Below are positions 14,875 through 24,941 of a stretch of DNA of 32,704 bases, in pieces. The first letter of the stretch is position 1; each line of letters opens with the position of its first letter. Source of the stretch: Vulcanimicrobiota bacterium (GTDB lineage: Bacteria > Vulcanimicrobiota > Vulcanimicrobiia > Eremiobacterales > Eremiobacteraceae); contig CAWDVP010000007.1 of the NCBI GenBank assembly GCA_963805945.1, forward strand, positions 1 through 32,704. The letters are read 5' to 3'. The notes beneath the pieces are model-generated. The model searched no databases and was not told where the DNA came from. It was given only the letters and a program-made list of their open reading frames with translations. Both the position numbers and the translations under genes were made by a program.

Positions 14875-16439
14875 AGGGCTCATTGCGCGAGTACAAGCGC
14901 AAGCGCGATTTCAAACAGACGAGCGAACCCGCGGGCACGGTGAAGCGCAGCGGCACGCAGCGCTTCGTCGTGCAGAAGCATCGCGCGTCGCACCTCCACT
15001 ACGATTTTCGGCTCGAGGCGGGCGGCGTGCTCAAGTCGTGGGCGGTGCCGAAAGGGCCGTCGCTCGACCCGGCGGACAAGCGGCTCGCGATGCAGGTCGA
15101 AGACCATCCGCTTGATTACTTCAGCTTCGAAGGGGTGATCCCGCACGGCAATTACGGCGCGGGCGACGTGATCGTATGGGACTACGGCACGTACACGCTC
15201 TTCGAGGGGACGAACCCGGCGGCCGAGATAGGCGCGGGCAAGATCAAGTTCATCCTCCACGGCAAGAAGCTCAAGGGCGAGTTCACGCTGGTGAAGATGC
15301 GCGGGCGAAATTCGAGCGACAACGCGTGGCTGCTCGTCAAAGACAAGGATCGTTATGTCGCCCCGACGTGGGATGCCGAAGATCACGCGCGCTCGGCGAA
15401 GACCGGCCGCACCCTCGATGAAGTGTCGGCCGATCCGCGCTCGAAGAAATGGATCAGTAATCGCAGCGCCGCCGCAAAGAAGCCGTCCGCGGCGCGCTCG
15501 AAGCCGGCCGCCGCCCCAGGCCTGCCGACGCTGACCAACCTCGATAAAGTGCTGTGGCCCAACGACGGCTACACCAAAGGCGAGCTGATCAAGTACTATC
15601 TGACGGTCGCGCCGTGGCTGCTGCCGTATCTGAAGGATCGCCCGCTGTCGTTGCAGCGTTTTCCCAACGGGATCACCGGCGAATCGTTCTTCGAAAAGCA
15701 GCTCCCCAAGGGCGCGCCTGACTGGGTGCGGACTCATGCGATCCCGACGGACACCGGCAAGCGCGCGAAGATCGACTATGTCGTGTGCGACGACGAGCGC
15801 ACGCTGGCGTGGCTCGCGAACCTCGCGGCGATCACCATCCACGCGTGGCTGTCGCGGGTGGGCTCGCTCGGCTCGCCGGATTATAGCCTCTTCGACCTCG
15901 ATCCGCAAGCTGGCTGCACCTTGGCCACGCTCGCCAAAGTCGCGCTGCTGTTGCGCGACGAGCTGGAGTCGCTCGGCATGACGCCGGCGGTGAAGACGTC
16001 CGGCGGCAAGGGCCTGCACGTCATGATGCGGCTCGCGCCAGGTTATGACTATTCAGAGGTGCGCCGTTTTTCAGAACTGATCGCGCGCCGCCTCGAGGCC
16101 GAGCACGGCGAGGACATCACGCTCGAGCGCATGGTGAAGAAGCGGCCGCGCGGCACCGTCTATCTCGATTGGGTGCAGGTCGGCGAAGGCAAGACCATCG
16201 TCATGCCGTTCATCGTGCGGCCGCGGCCGAAGGCGCCGGTGTCGTGGCCGTTGGCATGGTCCGACGTCGAGCGCATGGCCCGTTCGCGCGCACCGGATCT
16301 GTTGGGCGAAGCCGCGCGTTTCAACATCACCACCGCGCCGGCGCTGCTGAAGAAGAAGGGCGACGCCTGGAGCGCGCCCATGAAGAAGCAGCAACGGCTC
16401 GAGCCGGCGCTCAAGAAAGCGCAGAAGCTCTGGACGTGA
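14871..16439 (+). CDS. ligD: LigD 3'-phosphoesterase plus primase-like polymerase fusion, lacking the ligase domain
   Basis: PE: FVVQKHRASHLHYDFRLE, SWAVPKGPS. POL: LTNLDKVLWP, FDLDP, KTSGGKGLHV. ATGA overlap with the ligase gene. Confidence 0.9.
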   Translation: MKGSLREYKRKRDFKQTSEPAGTVKRSGTQRFVVQKHRASHLHYDFRLEAGGVLKSWAVPKGPSLDPADKRLAMQVEDHPLDYFSFEGVIPHGNYGAGDVIVWDYGTYTLFEGTNPAAEIGAGKIKFILHGKKLKGEFTLVKMRGRNSSDNAWLLVKDKDRYVAPTWDAEDHARSAKTGRTLDEVSADPRSKKWISNRSAAAKKPSAARSKPAAAPGLPTLTNLDKVLWPNDGYTKGELIKYYLTVAPWLLPYLKDRPLSLQRFPNGITGESFFEKQLPKGAPDWVRTHAIPTDTGKRAKIDYVVCDDERTLAWLANLAAITIHAWLSRVGSLGSPDYSLFDLDPQAGCTLATLAKVALLLRDELESLGMTPAVKTSGGKGLHVMMRLAPGYDYSEVRRFSELIARRLEAEHGEDITLERMVKKRPRGTVYLDWVQVGEGKTIVMPFIVRPRPKAPVSWPLAWSDVERMARSRAPDLLGEAARFNITTAPALLKKKGDAWSAPMKKQQRLEPALKKAQKLWT

Positions 16440-16474
16440 GCAAGGCCTGGCGCGGAATTCCGCCAGCTCGCGGG

Positions 16475-16708
16475 CTAGGCGACCATCTCGCGGATCGTAT
16501 AGCCGGACCAGCGCGTCGTGCGACGCGACGCTTGGCAGCGGCCCGCCTGCCCCGGATCTCCCGGTGCGCGTCGGGCGAAGCTCGCCCGGTCGGCGCGAGA
16601 GGAGGCTCGGACCTCGCCCGCGTGTATCTCATCGGGCTGGCGTGTGTCGACTGCGCCGAATAGCGCCGCGCCGAGACCGGTTATCCAGAGAAATGCGGAT
16701 CGTTTCAT
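16475..16708 (-). CDS. Small protein with signal-peptide-like N-terminus, downstream of tldE (77 aa)
   Basis: AGGAG SD overlaps the tldE stop, 6 nt before ATG; MKRSAFLWITGLGAALFGA. Confidence 0.55.
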   Translation of the reverse strand: MKRSAFLWITGLGAALFGAVDTRQPDEIHAGEVRASSRADRASFARRAPGDPGQAGRCQASRRTTRWSGYTIREMVA

Positions 16709-16717
16709 GCGTGTCTC

Positions 16718-18043
16718 CTACGCGAATGACGTCTGCGCGGAGAAGGCGAACTTCGCGATCTTAGCCACCGGCACCGCGAGCGTGTTCGGCGTGTCTGCGC
16801 TTTCCGCGAGATACAGTTTGTCGCCGAACTCGCAGTCGGCGAGCGCGGTGAGCATCGAGGTATAGAAACGGAAGTTCTTCAGCGTCTTCGTCAGCTTGCC
16901 GTTCTCGATGAGATAGACGCCATCGCGCGTCAGCCCGGTGATCACGACCTCGCGCGGGTCGACCAGGCGCGTGTACCAGGTGCGCGAGACGAGAATGCCG
17001 CGTTCGACCGAACCGATCAGCTGTTCGCGCGTCTGGGTGCCGGGCAGGACGATCGCATTCGTAGGATAGCCGTCGTGACCGGTGTTCGGAATCTTGAATT
17101 TATTGGCGAGATAGGTCGAGCTCACATATCCCTTGGGAACTCCGCGCTCCACGAGCGTGAGCTTTTTCGTCGGCGCGCCGTCGGCGGCGAAGGGCTGCGC
17201 CGCGACCAATTGGTTGCTCCAATCGTCGAGGATGGTGACGTTCGGCGAGAAGACCCGCTTGCCGATGCGTCCCACCATCCATGAATCCTGGCCTTCGAGC
17301 ACCGATCCTGCCTCCATGGCGGCGTAGAGGTTGTTCATGCAATCGACGAACGCCGGCGGCTCGAGGATCACGGTGTACGTGCCCGGTTTGAGGTCGGCCG
17401 GCGTCAGCGATACCGTGGCTTTGGCCGCCGCCAGGTCCGCGCGTTCGGCGGAATCGACCATCGCGTAGTCGCGGCTGAAGAACTCGGCGAAACCGCTGGT
17501 CGCGGGCGCCATGGCCTTGATCTCGACGCCGCTAAAGGTCGAGTCGAACGACGCCCGCACGCCGAGCGAGTTCGCGACCGCCGTGACGCCGTATTGCGTG
17601 GTGGTGAAGCCCGAGCAGTTCAGCTGGGACCGGCCCATGCGCGCGAAGATCGGCATTAGCTTCGAAACTCGGTCATCGGGCGTCGCGTCCAACGTCGAGT
17701 CGTAGACGCTCTCCACAGGCGCCGGCAGCGGCGCCTTGACGGGCAGCGAAACGAACTCTTTGTTGGCCGGCACGCGACTCGCGATATCGGCCGCTGCCAG
17801 CACCAGCGCGCGCAGAGATGCCGCGGACAGATCGTTGGTATCCGCTGTGCCGAGATGCTGGTTTTTCACGAACGTCAGCTCGACATCGGTCTGTCTGCCG
17901 TTGAGGTTCTGCACGACGTAGTTGCGCGCGAAACGCGCGTAGCTGCTGTCGTCTATCGTGACGACCACCTGCGCCTGGTCGGCCCCGCCCGCCAGCGCGA
18001 GCACCTGTTCGGCGAGGACGAGGGCATCCGCTTGACTACGCAT
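16718..18043 (-). CDS. tldE: TldE/PmbA-family protein
   Basis: PGTYTVILEP, GILVSRTWY, TGLTRDG, NFRF; no HExxxH motif. Confidence 0.88.
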   Translation of the reverse strand: MRSQADALVLAEQVLALAGGADQAQVVVTIDDSSYARFARNYVVQNLNGRQTDVELTFVKNQHLGTADTNDLSAASLRALVLAAADIASRVPANKEFVSLPVKAPLPAPVESVYDSTLDATPDDRVSKLMPIFARMGRSQLNCSGFTTTQYGVTAVANSLGVRASFDSTFSGVEIKAMAPATSGFAEFFSRDYAMVDSAERADLAAAKATVSLTPADLKPGTYTVILEPPAFVDCMNNLYAAMEAGSVLEGQDSWMVGRIGKRVFSPNVTILDDWSNQLVAAQPFAADGAPTKKLTLVERGVPKGYVSSTYLANKFKIPNTGHDGYPTNAIVLPGTQTREQLIGSVERGILVSRTWYTRLVDPREVVITGLTRDGVYLIENGKLTKTLKNFRFYTSMLTALADCEFGDKLYLAESADTPNTLAVPVAKIAKFAFSAQTSFA

Positions 18044-19496
18044 TGTTGCGCACCCCCACGCTCACGCCACGGAATCGCGCGTGCGAGCAGGCATGCGTCG
18101 TCCTGCCACTCTGCTCGGGTTCGCCTTTGCCGCAGTTGGGCGTGCCCCATACCACGACTTCCTCGGCTCCCGCGACGCGGTCGAGCGAGCCCCAGAAGGT
18201 GGGCGTGATGCCGGTGTATGTCGGTTTCTTGTATAGCGTGCCACGCTTGCCGTTCTTCACTTGCCACGCGATCTGCGGGCCGAACTGGAAGTTGAGCCGA
18301 TGATCGTCGATTGACCACGAGTTGACGCCTTCAACGACGATGCCGTCGTTGGTGTCGGCGATGATGGAGTCCAGCGTGCCCTCGCCTGGGGCGAGCGCGA
18401 TGTTGGTCATGCGTACGATGGGGACGCTCGCCCAATCCTGCGCCCGCATCGACGCGGTCTGCGGCAACCCGGTCTGCGCGGCGGTATCGCGCGAGGAGAT
18501 GAAAGCGCGCAGTATGCCGTTCTCGATGAGCGTGACCCGCTGAGGCTGCACTCCCTCGTCGTCATAACCGACCGTAGCCATCCCCTGAGGCAGCGTGTTG
18601 TCGGCATAGACGGTGAGTTTGTCGCTGCCATACCGCAGCGTGCCCACCTTGTCGGGCGTCGCCCAAGAAATGCCGGAGAAATTCGCTTCCCAGCCGAGAC
18701 TGCGATCCAGTTCGAGCGGGTGGCCTATCGACTCGTGCATCTGCAGGTTGAGCAGGTTGCCGTGCACGATAAGGTCGGTCGTCATGGTGGGGAGGATGGG
18801 CGCGTCGACGAGCGCGACCGCCTCTTGTCCGTAGCGAGTGGCGTTGTTCAGCAAGTCGGCCCGCTCGACCACTTCGTAGCCGCCGCCCTGGTAGAGCCCG
18901 AAATCGCCAGGGCCGCCGCGCCGCTGCGGGTCCTGATCCTTGCCGATCGCGGTCGCCCCGGCTCCGGCGCCCGTCTGATAGATCCGCTGCTTGATGGCAC
19001 TGCCGGTGGTGGAGTAGAACTCCTTATCGGTGATCCATATGATGAGGAAGGCGAAACCGGCGATGACGCTCTTCGATACGTGCAGATTCTTCTCAGCTGC
19101 GAGGAGATGGTCGGCGCGGCGGGAGAGCGAGACGGAATCGGGGTCGATCGTGATGGGCGTCGTCCACTCGTCGACGAATTTCTGGGTCGGCGTGACGGCC
19201 CGTATTCTGCCGGCAACGCGCGTGCTCGACTTCGCTATTGCCACTGACCGCCGCGCAGCTTCGTCGAAGCCGGCTTTGTCGAAACGATCGCTGCCGGCGA
19301 AGCCCCAACTGCCGTCGACGAGAGAGCGGACCGAATACCCGAGACTGGAGGTGCTGGAAACGCCGCGCACCACGCCGTTGCGCACGAACATGCGCTGGGC
19401 GCGGATGCTCCAAAACTGGACGTCGGCATATGCCGCGCCAGCCGCCGTCGCGGTATCAAGCGCTTCGGCCGCATCGGCCGCGTGAAGGTTGGCCAT
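18036..19496 (-). CDS. tldD: TldD-family metalloprotease (catalytic subunit)
   Basis: HESIGHPLELDR, YDDEG, RMTN, CGKGEP. Confidence 0.92.
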   Translation of the reverse strand: MANLHAADAAEALDTATAAGAAYADVQFWSIRAQRMFVRNGVVRGVSSTSSLGYSVRSLVDGSWGFAGSDRFDKAGFDEAARRSVAIAKSSTRVAGRIRAVTPTQKFVDEWTTPITIDPDSVSLSRRADHLLAAEKNLHVSKSVIAGFAFLIIWITDKEFYSTTGSAIKQRIYQTGAGAGATAIGKDQDPQRRGGPGDFGLYQGGGYEVVERADLLNNATRYGQEAVALVDAPILPTMTTDLIVHGNLLNLQMHESIGHPLELDRSLGWEANFSGISWATPDKVGTLRYGSDKLTVYADNTLPQGMATVGYDDEGVQPQRVTLIENGILRAFISSRDTAAQTGLPQTASMRAQDWASVPIVRMTNIALAPGEGTLDSIIADTNDGIVVEGVNSWSIDDHRLNFQFGPQIAWQVKNGKRGTLYKKPTYTGITPTFWGSLDRVAGAEEVVVWGTPNCGKGEPEQSGRTTHACSHARFRGVSVGVRNNA

Positions 19497-19594
19497 TGCT
19501 GTGTCTCGCAAACTACGCCGTGGAAGGCCTGAACGATGCGGTTCTTTCGCGAAGCGACCGCGCCAAGGCCTTTTCCTCTGACGAGGGCGCGACC

Positions 19595-20806
19595 GTGGCG
19601 GACGACCGGTTGATCATCGTCGGCGCGGGGCCGGGCGGCTTGACGCTCGGTCTCATGCTGTCGCGCGCCGGCATCCCCGTGACGGTGCTCGAGCAAGCGG
19701 CGAGTTTCGCGCGCGAGTTCCGCGGCGACGGGCTGCTGCCCAGCGGCATGCGCATCCTGAGAGCGCTGGGCCTGGGCGAGCGCTTGAAAGCGCTGGAGTA
19801 CGCGACGCCGGGCCTTGCGCGCATCCGCATCGGCGCGGATGTCCTGGTCCAAGAGTCGCCGCCCCTGCGGCTTGCCGACGGCTCGCCGGCGGTCACGTGG
19901 ATCCCGCAACGGCAATTGCTCGAGATGCTCGCGGCCGAGGCGTCGGCGTCGCCTCATTTCCAACTGCGCTTCGGCGCGGCGGCGCGCGAGCTCGTCATGG
20001 AGGGCGATCGGTGCGTGGGGGTGCGCGTTGCGCAGACGGAATGGCGCGCCCCTCTAGTGGTCGGCTTCGACGGCCGCTTCTCGGCCGTGCGGCGCAGCGC
20101 CGGCATCGAGCTCGCATCGGCGAAAGTCGATTTCGACATCGCCTGGTGCTCGGTGGCACGACCGGCGACGTCCGACGGGGCGTACGAAGTGACGGTGCGC
20201 GGCGACGAGGTCTGCTTCTGGTATCCGGTCGGCGCGATGATGCGCATCGGAGTGCTCCTGCGCAAAGGCCAATCCGGCGAGCTGCGCGAGGCCGGTTTCG
20301 AGACGTTCAAGCGGCGTGTGGTCGATGCGGTCGCCGAAGAGCTGCGCACGCCGCTCGACGCGGCGTTGATCGGCTGGGATGACGTGGTGCTTTTGCCGGC
20401 GGTGAGCGAGATGGCGCGGCACTGGTGGCGGCCGGGCGTGCTGCTGCTCGGCGACGCCGCGCACCCGATGTCGCCGGTCGGCGCGCAAGGCGTCAACGTC
20501 GCGCTCCAGGACGCGGTCGTGGCGGCGCGGCATCTCGTGCCCGCGCTGCGCGCGACGACGGCGGACATGGACAGGGCTTTGCGCGCGATCGAGGCGGAGC
20601 GGCGCCCTGCGGTGGAGCGGGTCGTACGCCAGCAGAACGCACTGCCGCGCATCATGCGCGCGCTTGGATCGGAGCGCGCGCTGCGGCTCGCCGCGGTCAT
20701 CGTTCCGCCGTTGACGCGCAGCGGCTATCGGCCAGCGTTCGTCCGCAGGATGATCGACCGCTTCTTATGGGGCGACCCGCCGGTCGAAGTCGAAAGCGGT
20801 CAATAG
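19595..20806 (+). CDS. FAD-dependent oxidoreductase/monooxygenase (UbiH-like fold)
   Basis: IVGAGPGG, DGRFSAVR, LLGDAAHPMSPVGAQGVNVALQDA; GTG 19595. Confidence 0.88.
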   Translation: MADDRLIIVGAGPGGLTLGLMLSRAGIPVTVLEQAASFAREFRGDGLLPSGMRILRALGLGERLKALEYATPGLARIRIGADVLVQESPPLRLADGSPAVTWIPQRQLLEMLAAEASASPHFQLRFGAAARELVMEGDRCVGVRVAQTEWRAPLVVGFDGRFSAVRRSAGIELASAKVDFDIAWCSVARPATSDGAYEVTVRGDEVCFWYPVGAMMRIGVLLRKGQSGELREAGFETFKRRVVDAVAEELRTPLDAALIGWDDVVLLPAVSEMARHWWRPGVLLLGDAAHPMSPVGAQGVNVALQDAVVAARHLVPALRATTADMDRALRAIEAERRPAVERVVRQQNALPRIMRALGSERALRLAAVIVPPLTRSGYRPAFVRRMIDRFLWGDPPVEVESGQ

Positions 20807-20915
20807 CGATACGCAGCGAATGATTTTCCGCACCGCGCGCGAAACCTCACGAATCATCTTTATATACGAGCGCAAGGAACGCACAGCGGTCCGGCGAATG
20901 CGACCGTCCCGCAAC

Positions 20916-20989
<74 letters not shown>

Positions 20990-21031
20990 GATCCGCAAAC
21001 GCGAACGTCAAGCGAAGCGGCGCCGTCCTTC

Positions 21032-23140
21032 TTGGCGGCGCCTATCGGCGTGCTCGGCACGCTGAAGAAGAGCACGCGCGACCAGCTCGAGCGGCTCGAG
21101 CTGCGCACGGTGCACGATCTGCTGCGCCACTACCCCTATCGCTACGACGACCTGCGTGCGCCCGCCAGCGTCGCGGATCTGCAGGCGCAGCGCAGCGCCG
21201 GCCATCTGCCCGAGGGCGAAGCCAACCTGCTCGGCGTCATCACGCAGGTGAAGCATATCCGGCTGCGCGGCCGTATCCGCGCCAAGACGACCGCACTAGT
21301 CGATGACGGCACCGGCACGATCACGGCGATCTGGTTCGGCCGGCCGTACCTCGGCACGCAGTTGCGCGCCGGCCAGCGTCTCTTCATGCGCGGCCGCGTC
21401 GATTTCACCCTCACCGGCGTCCAACTGCTCGTGTCGCGGCATCGCGTCATCGCCGAAGGCGAGGAGTACAGCGGCGAGCTCGTGCCGGTCTATCCATTGA
21501 CGTCGGGCCTCGCGAACTATACTTTGCAGCGGCTCATCGGCAAGGCGCTGCCCAAGGCGCTCGCCGACGAAGCGCTCGCGCCGTCGCTTGATCCGCTGCC
21601 GGGTCGCGTGAGCGCGAAGCGCAAGCTCGTCGACGCGCGTTGGGCGCTGCGTGCCATCCACGCGCCGCGCTCGATGGAGGACGCCCAGAAAGCGCGCGCT
21701 CGGCTCATCTTCGAAGAGTTCTTCCTGCTCGCCACGGCGGCCGCGCTCCGGCGCGCCGCGCGACAGGGTGAGGCGGCGCCGGATCTTTCCGCGGCGACGC
21801 AGGCACCGGCCTTGCGCGAATTCCACGCCGCCATCGCCGGGCTGCTGCCGTTCACGCTCACCGGCGCGCAAGAGCGCGTGATCCGCGAGATCGTCAGCGA
21901 CCTCGGCAAGCCGACGCCGATGAACCGGCTGCTGCAGGGCGACGTCGGTTCGGGCAAGACGGCGGTGGCGGCGGCGGCGGTGCTGCTGACCGTGCGCGCC
22001 GGGTACCAGGCGGCGTTCATGGCGCCGACCGAGATCCTCGCGGCCCAGCAGTTCAATGGGTTGACGAAACTGCTCGCGCCGGCCGGCGTGCGCATCGCGA
22101 TGCTCGTCGGCGCGCTGCGGCGCGCGACGCGCGATGACATCCTCGATCAGATGCGCCGGGGGGAGCTCGACGTCGTCGTCGGCACGCATGCGCTGCTCAC
22201 CGAGGACGTGGAGTTCTCCGCGTTAGGGCTGGTCGTCATCGACGAACAGCATCGCTTCGGCGTGATGCAGCGCGCCGCGCTGCGCGCTAAGGCGAAGCAG
22301 GCCGTCCCCCACACCCTCGTCATGACGGCGACGCCGATCCCGCGCACCCTCGCGCAGACGGTCTACGCAGACCTGGACATCTCTGTGATCGACGAACTGC
22401 CGCCCGGGCGCACGCCGCCGAAGACCTACGTGCGCACCGCGGACGGCAAGGGGAAGATCTTCGCGTTCATCCGCGAGCAGATCGCGGCGGGCAGGCAGGC
22501 CTACGTCGTATGCCCGGCGATCGACGATTCCGAACGCGCCATCCACTCCGCAGTGGAGGAGGCCGAGAAACTGCGCGCCACCGAATTGAAAGGGCTGCGC
22601 GTCGCGCTGCTGCACGGCAAGATGAGCGGGCCAGAAAAAGAGAAGATCATGCGCCTGTTCGCGGACGGCTTTCTGCAAGTGCTCATCACGACGACGGTGG
22701 TCGAGGTCGGCGTCGACGTGCCCAACGCGACGGTGATGCTGGTGCTCGACGCGCAGTCGTTCGGCTTGGCGCAGCTGCACCAGTTGCGCGGCCGCGTCGG
22801 CCGCGGTGCCGAGGCGTCGTACTGCATCCTCGTGGCGACGGGCGATGCGGAGGAATCGGCACGCCTGAAGATCCTCGAGAAGGTGAGCGACGGTTTCGTC
22901 ATCTCGGAGGAAGACGCCAAGATACGCGGATCGGGGGACATCCTCGGCACGCGCCAGCACGGCATCGCCGATTTCCGGCTCGCGCACCTCATCCGCGACT
23001 ACCCCATCTTCTTGGATGCCAAGAAGGACGCCGATGCGCTCATCGCCCGCGACCCTGGTCTGCAAGCGCCGGAGCATGCCGCTCTGGCGGCGTTCGTGGC
23101 CGCGCAGAGCGCGGAGGCGGTGCTGCGAGCCTCCTCTTGA
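21032..23140 (+). CDS. recG: ATP-dependent DNA helicase RecG
   Basis: LLQGDVGSGKT, DEQHRFG, MTATPIPRTL, QLHQLRGRVGRG. Start uncertain; TTG 21032 is the first canonical start after the tRNA. Confidence 0.95.
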   Translation: MAAPIGVLGTLKKSTRDQLERLELRTVHDLLRHYPYRYDDLRAPASVADLQAQRSAGHLPEGEANLLGVITQVKHIRLRGRIRAKTTALVDDGTGTITAIWFGRPYLGTQLRAGQRLFMRGRVDFTLTGVQLLVSRHRVIAEGEEYSGELVPVYPLTSGLANYTLQRLIGKALPKALADEALAPSLDPLPGRVSAKRKLVDARWALRAIHAPRSMEDAQKARARLIFEEFFLLATAAALRRAARQGEAAPDLSAATQAPALREFHAAIAGLLPFTLTGAQERVIREIVSDLGKPTPMNRLLQGDVGSGKTAVAAAAVLLTVRAGYQAAFMAPTEILAAQQFNGLTKLLAPAGVRIAMLVGALRRATRDDILDQMRRGELDVVVGTHALLTEDVEFSALGLVVIDEQHRFGVMQRAALRAKAKQAVPHTLVMTATPIPRTLAQTVYADLDISVIDELPPGRTPPKTYVRTADGKGKIFAFIREQIAAGRQAYVVCPAIDDSERAIHSAVEEAEKLRATELKGLRVALLHGKMSGPEKEKIMRLFADGFLQVLITTTVVEVGVDVPNATVMLVLDAQSFGLAQLHQLRGRVGRGAEASYCILVATGDAEESARLKILEKVSDGFVISEEDAKIRGSGDILGTRQHGIADFRLAHLIRDYPIFLDAKKDADALIARDPGLQAPEHAALAAFVAAQSAEAVLRASS

Positions 23141-23141
23141 T

Positions 23142-23205
23142 GTAGGGTTCGACCTTTAGGTCGAACCTCGCGTCGTGGTGGGTCGATCTAAAGATCGACC
23201 CCTAC
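23142..23205. repeat. Inverted REP doublet (REPIN-like), family A
   Basis: GTAGGGTTCGACCTTTAGGTCGAACC, then reverse-strand GTAGGGGTCGATCTTTAGATCGACCC. Confidence 0.85.
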
Positions 23206-23265
23206 ATGGGCCGCGCGGGGGCCGCGACAGCGGAGTGTCCCGGGTCCCCGTCCAATTCGAGGCGC

Positions 23266-23895
23266 ATGCGACTCGCCGGCGGTAACCGTGCCCGGGCCAC
23301 CATCGTGGCGCCCAAGGGCCGCAAGACGCGCCCGACCGGCGCCAAGGTCAGGGAAGCGATGTTCGGTATCCTCGCAAAACGCGTGGAGGGCGCGCGCGTG
23401 CTCGACCTGTTCGCGGGTTCGGGCGCGCTCGGCCTCGAGGCGATGTCGCGCGGCGCGGCATCGGTGGTGTTCGTCGACGACGATGCGAACGCGGTGATGA
23501 CCATACGGCGCAACGCGGTGCGCGTCGTGCCCGACGGCGAGCGTTGGCGCATCATGCCGATGCACGCGACGCGCGCGCTGCGCACGCTGCGCGGCACGTT
23601 CGACATCGTGCTGATCGATCCGCCGTACGAGCGAGGCGCCGCCGACGAGCTGCGCCTGATGATGCAGAAGGCGCTGCTGCATCCCGAGGGGATCGCGGTC
23701 ATCGAACATTCGTCGTCGGCCGCGCCGGATCTGCCGGCGTCGATGGAAGTCGTCAAGCGGGCGAAGTACGGCGACACGGCGCTCACGTTCGCGGTCGCGC
23801 GGAACAGCAAAGGCGCGGCCGATGGCGAAACGCGCGCCGCGGCGGTGCGAGCACCTCGTGCGCGACGGCAGGCGTCGCGGGGATCGAGTCGATGA
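23266..23895 (+). CDS. rsmD: 16S rRNA m2G966 methyltransferase
   Basis: TRPT, LDLFAGSGALGLEAMSRGA, DPPY; synteny with coaD. Confidence 0.92.
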   Translation: MRLAGGNRARATIVAPKGRKTRPTGAKVREAMFGILAKRVEGARVLDLFAGSGALGLEAMSRGAASVVFVDDDANAVMTIRRNAVRVVPDGERWRIMPMHATRALRTLRGTFDIVLIDPPYERGAADELRLMMQKALLHPEGIAVIEHSSSAAPDLPASMEVVKRAKYGDTALTFAVARNSKGAADGETRAAAVRAPRARRQASRGSSR

Positions 23896-24452
23896 CACGC
23901 CGCAAACCGGCACCACGCAAGAAGAAGAAGACGACGAGCGCGCCGGCGGCCGCGCCGCGCGACGGCTTCGTCATCGTCTATCCCGGCAGTTTCGATCCGG
24001 TGACCAACGGCCATCTCGACATCGTGCGCCGCGCCGCGGCGCAATTCCCCAGGCTCATCGTCGCGGTGGTGGCGAATCCCGCCAAGACGCCGATGTTCAG
24101 CCTCGACGAGCGCGTCGCCATGCTGCGCGAGGCGTGCCGCGATCTGCGCAACGTCGAGATCGATTCGTTCGAGGGTCTGCTCGTCGACTACACGCGTGCG
24201 GCGGGCAACGCGCTCATCATCAAAGGGCTGCGCATCGTCTCTGACTTCGAGCACGAGTTCTCGATGGCGCTGCTCAACCGCAAGCTCAAAGCCGGCGCCG
24301 ACACGATCTTCATGCCCGCCAGCCTCGAGTTCGCCTACGTGTCCTCGTCGTCGGTGAAAGAGGTCTTCTCGCTCGGCGGCGACATCTCCGAATTCGTGCC
24401 GCCGACGGTGCTTCGTCGCATGCGCCGGCGCGCGACAACCTCCAAGGGGTGA
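23892..24452 (+). CDS. coaD: Phosphopantetheine adenylyltransferase
   Basis: YPGSFDPVTNGHLDI, KGLR..SDFEHE, VSSSSVKE. Confidence 0.95.
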   Translation: MTRRKPAPRKKKKTTSAPAAAPRDGFVIVYPGSFDPVTNGHLDIVRRAAAQFPRLIVAVVANPAKTPMFSLDERVAMLREACRDLRNVEIDSFEGLLVDYTRAAGNALIIKGLRIVSDFEHEFSMALLNRKLKAGADTIFMPASLEFAYVSSSSVKEVFSLGGDISEFVPPTVLRRMRRRATTSKG

Positions 24453-24457
24453 TCCAC

Positions 24458-24941
24458 ATGAGCGTCTACACGGTGATCGACAAACTCGAAGCCACCATCA
24501 AGGAAGGCGTGTGGCTGCCGTTCGGCGCGCGCATGGTGAGCCAGGATCGGCTGCTCGACCTCGTCGAGAAGCTGCGCTCCACGCTGCCGGATGAGGTGAC
24601 GCGCGCGAAAGCGGTCACCAAACAGAAAGACCAGCTCATCGACGACGCCAAGTCGCAGGCCGCGAGCATGCTCGATCAGGCGACGACGTCCAAGACGCAG
24701 ATGCTGTCGGAAGCCGAGATCACCCGCCAGGCGCAGGAACAGGCGGCGCGGGTGCTCGCCGACGCGGAGAAAGCAGGCGCGCGAGGTCCGTCGCGGCGCC
24801 GACGAGTACGCCGACGGCGTGCTCGCGTCGCTCGACACCGCGCTCGGCAACGCGCTGGCCGCCGTCCACAAAGGGCGCGAGCAGCTGGCCTCCGGCCTCT
24901 CCTCGAACGGCAGCCCGGGAGCGCGCGAACGCCGGCCATGA
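24458..24941 (+). CDS. Conserved coiled-coil protein usually found after coaD (one apparent frameshift)
   Basis: Removing one base at 24770-24773 gives ...DAEKQAREVRRGADEYADGVLASLD...RRP*, with ATGA overlap to the next gene. Confidence 0.75.
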
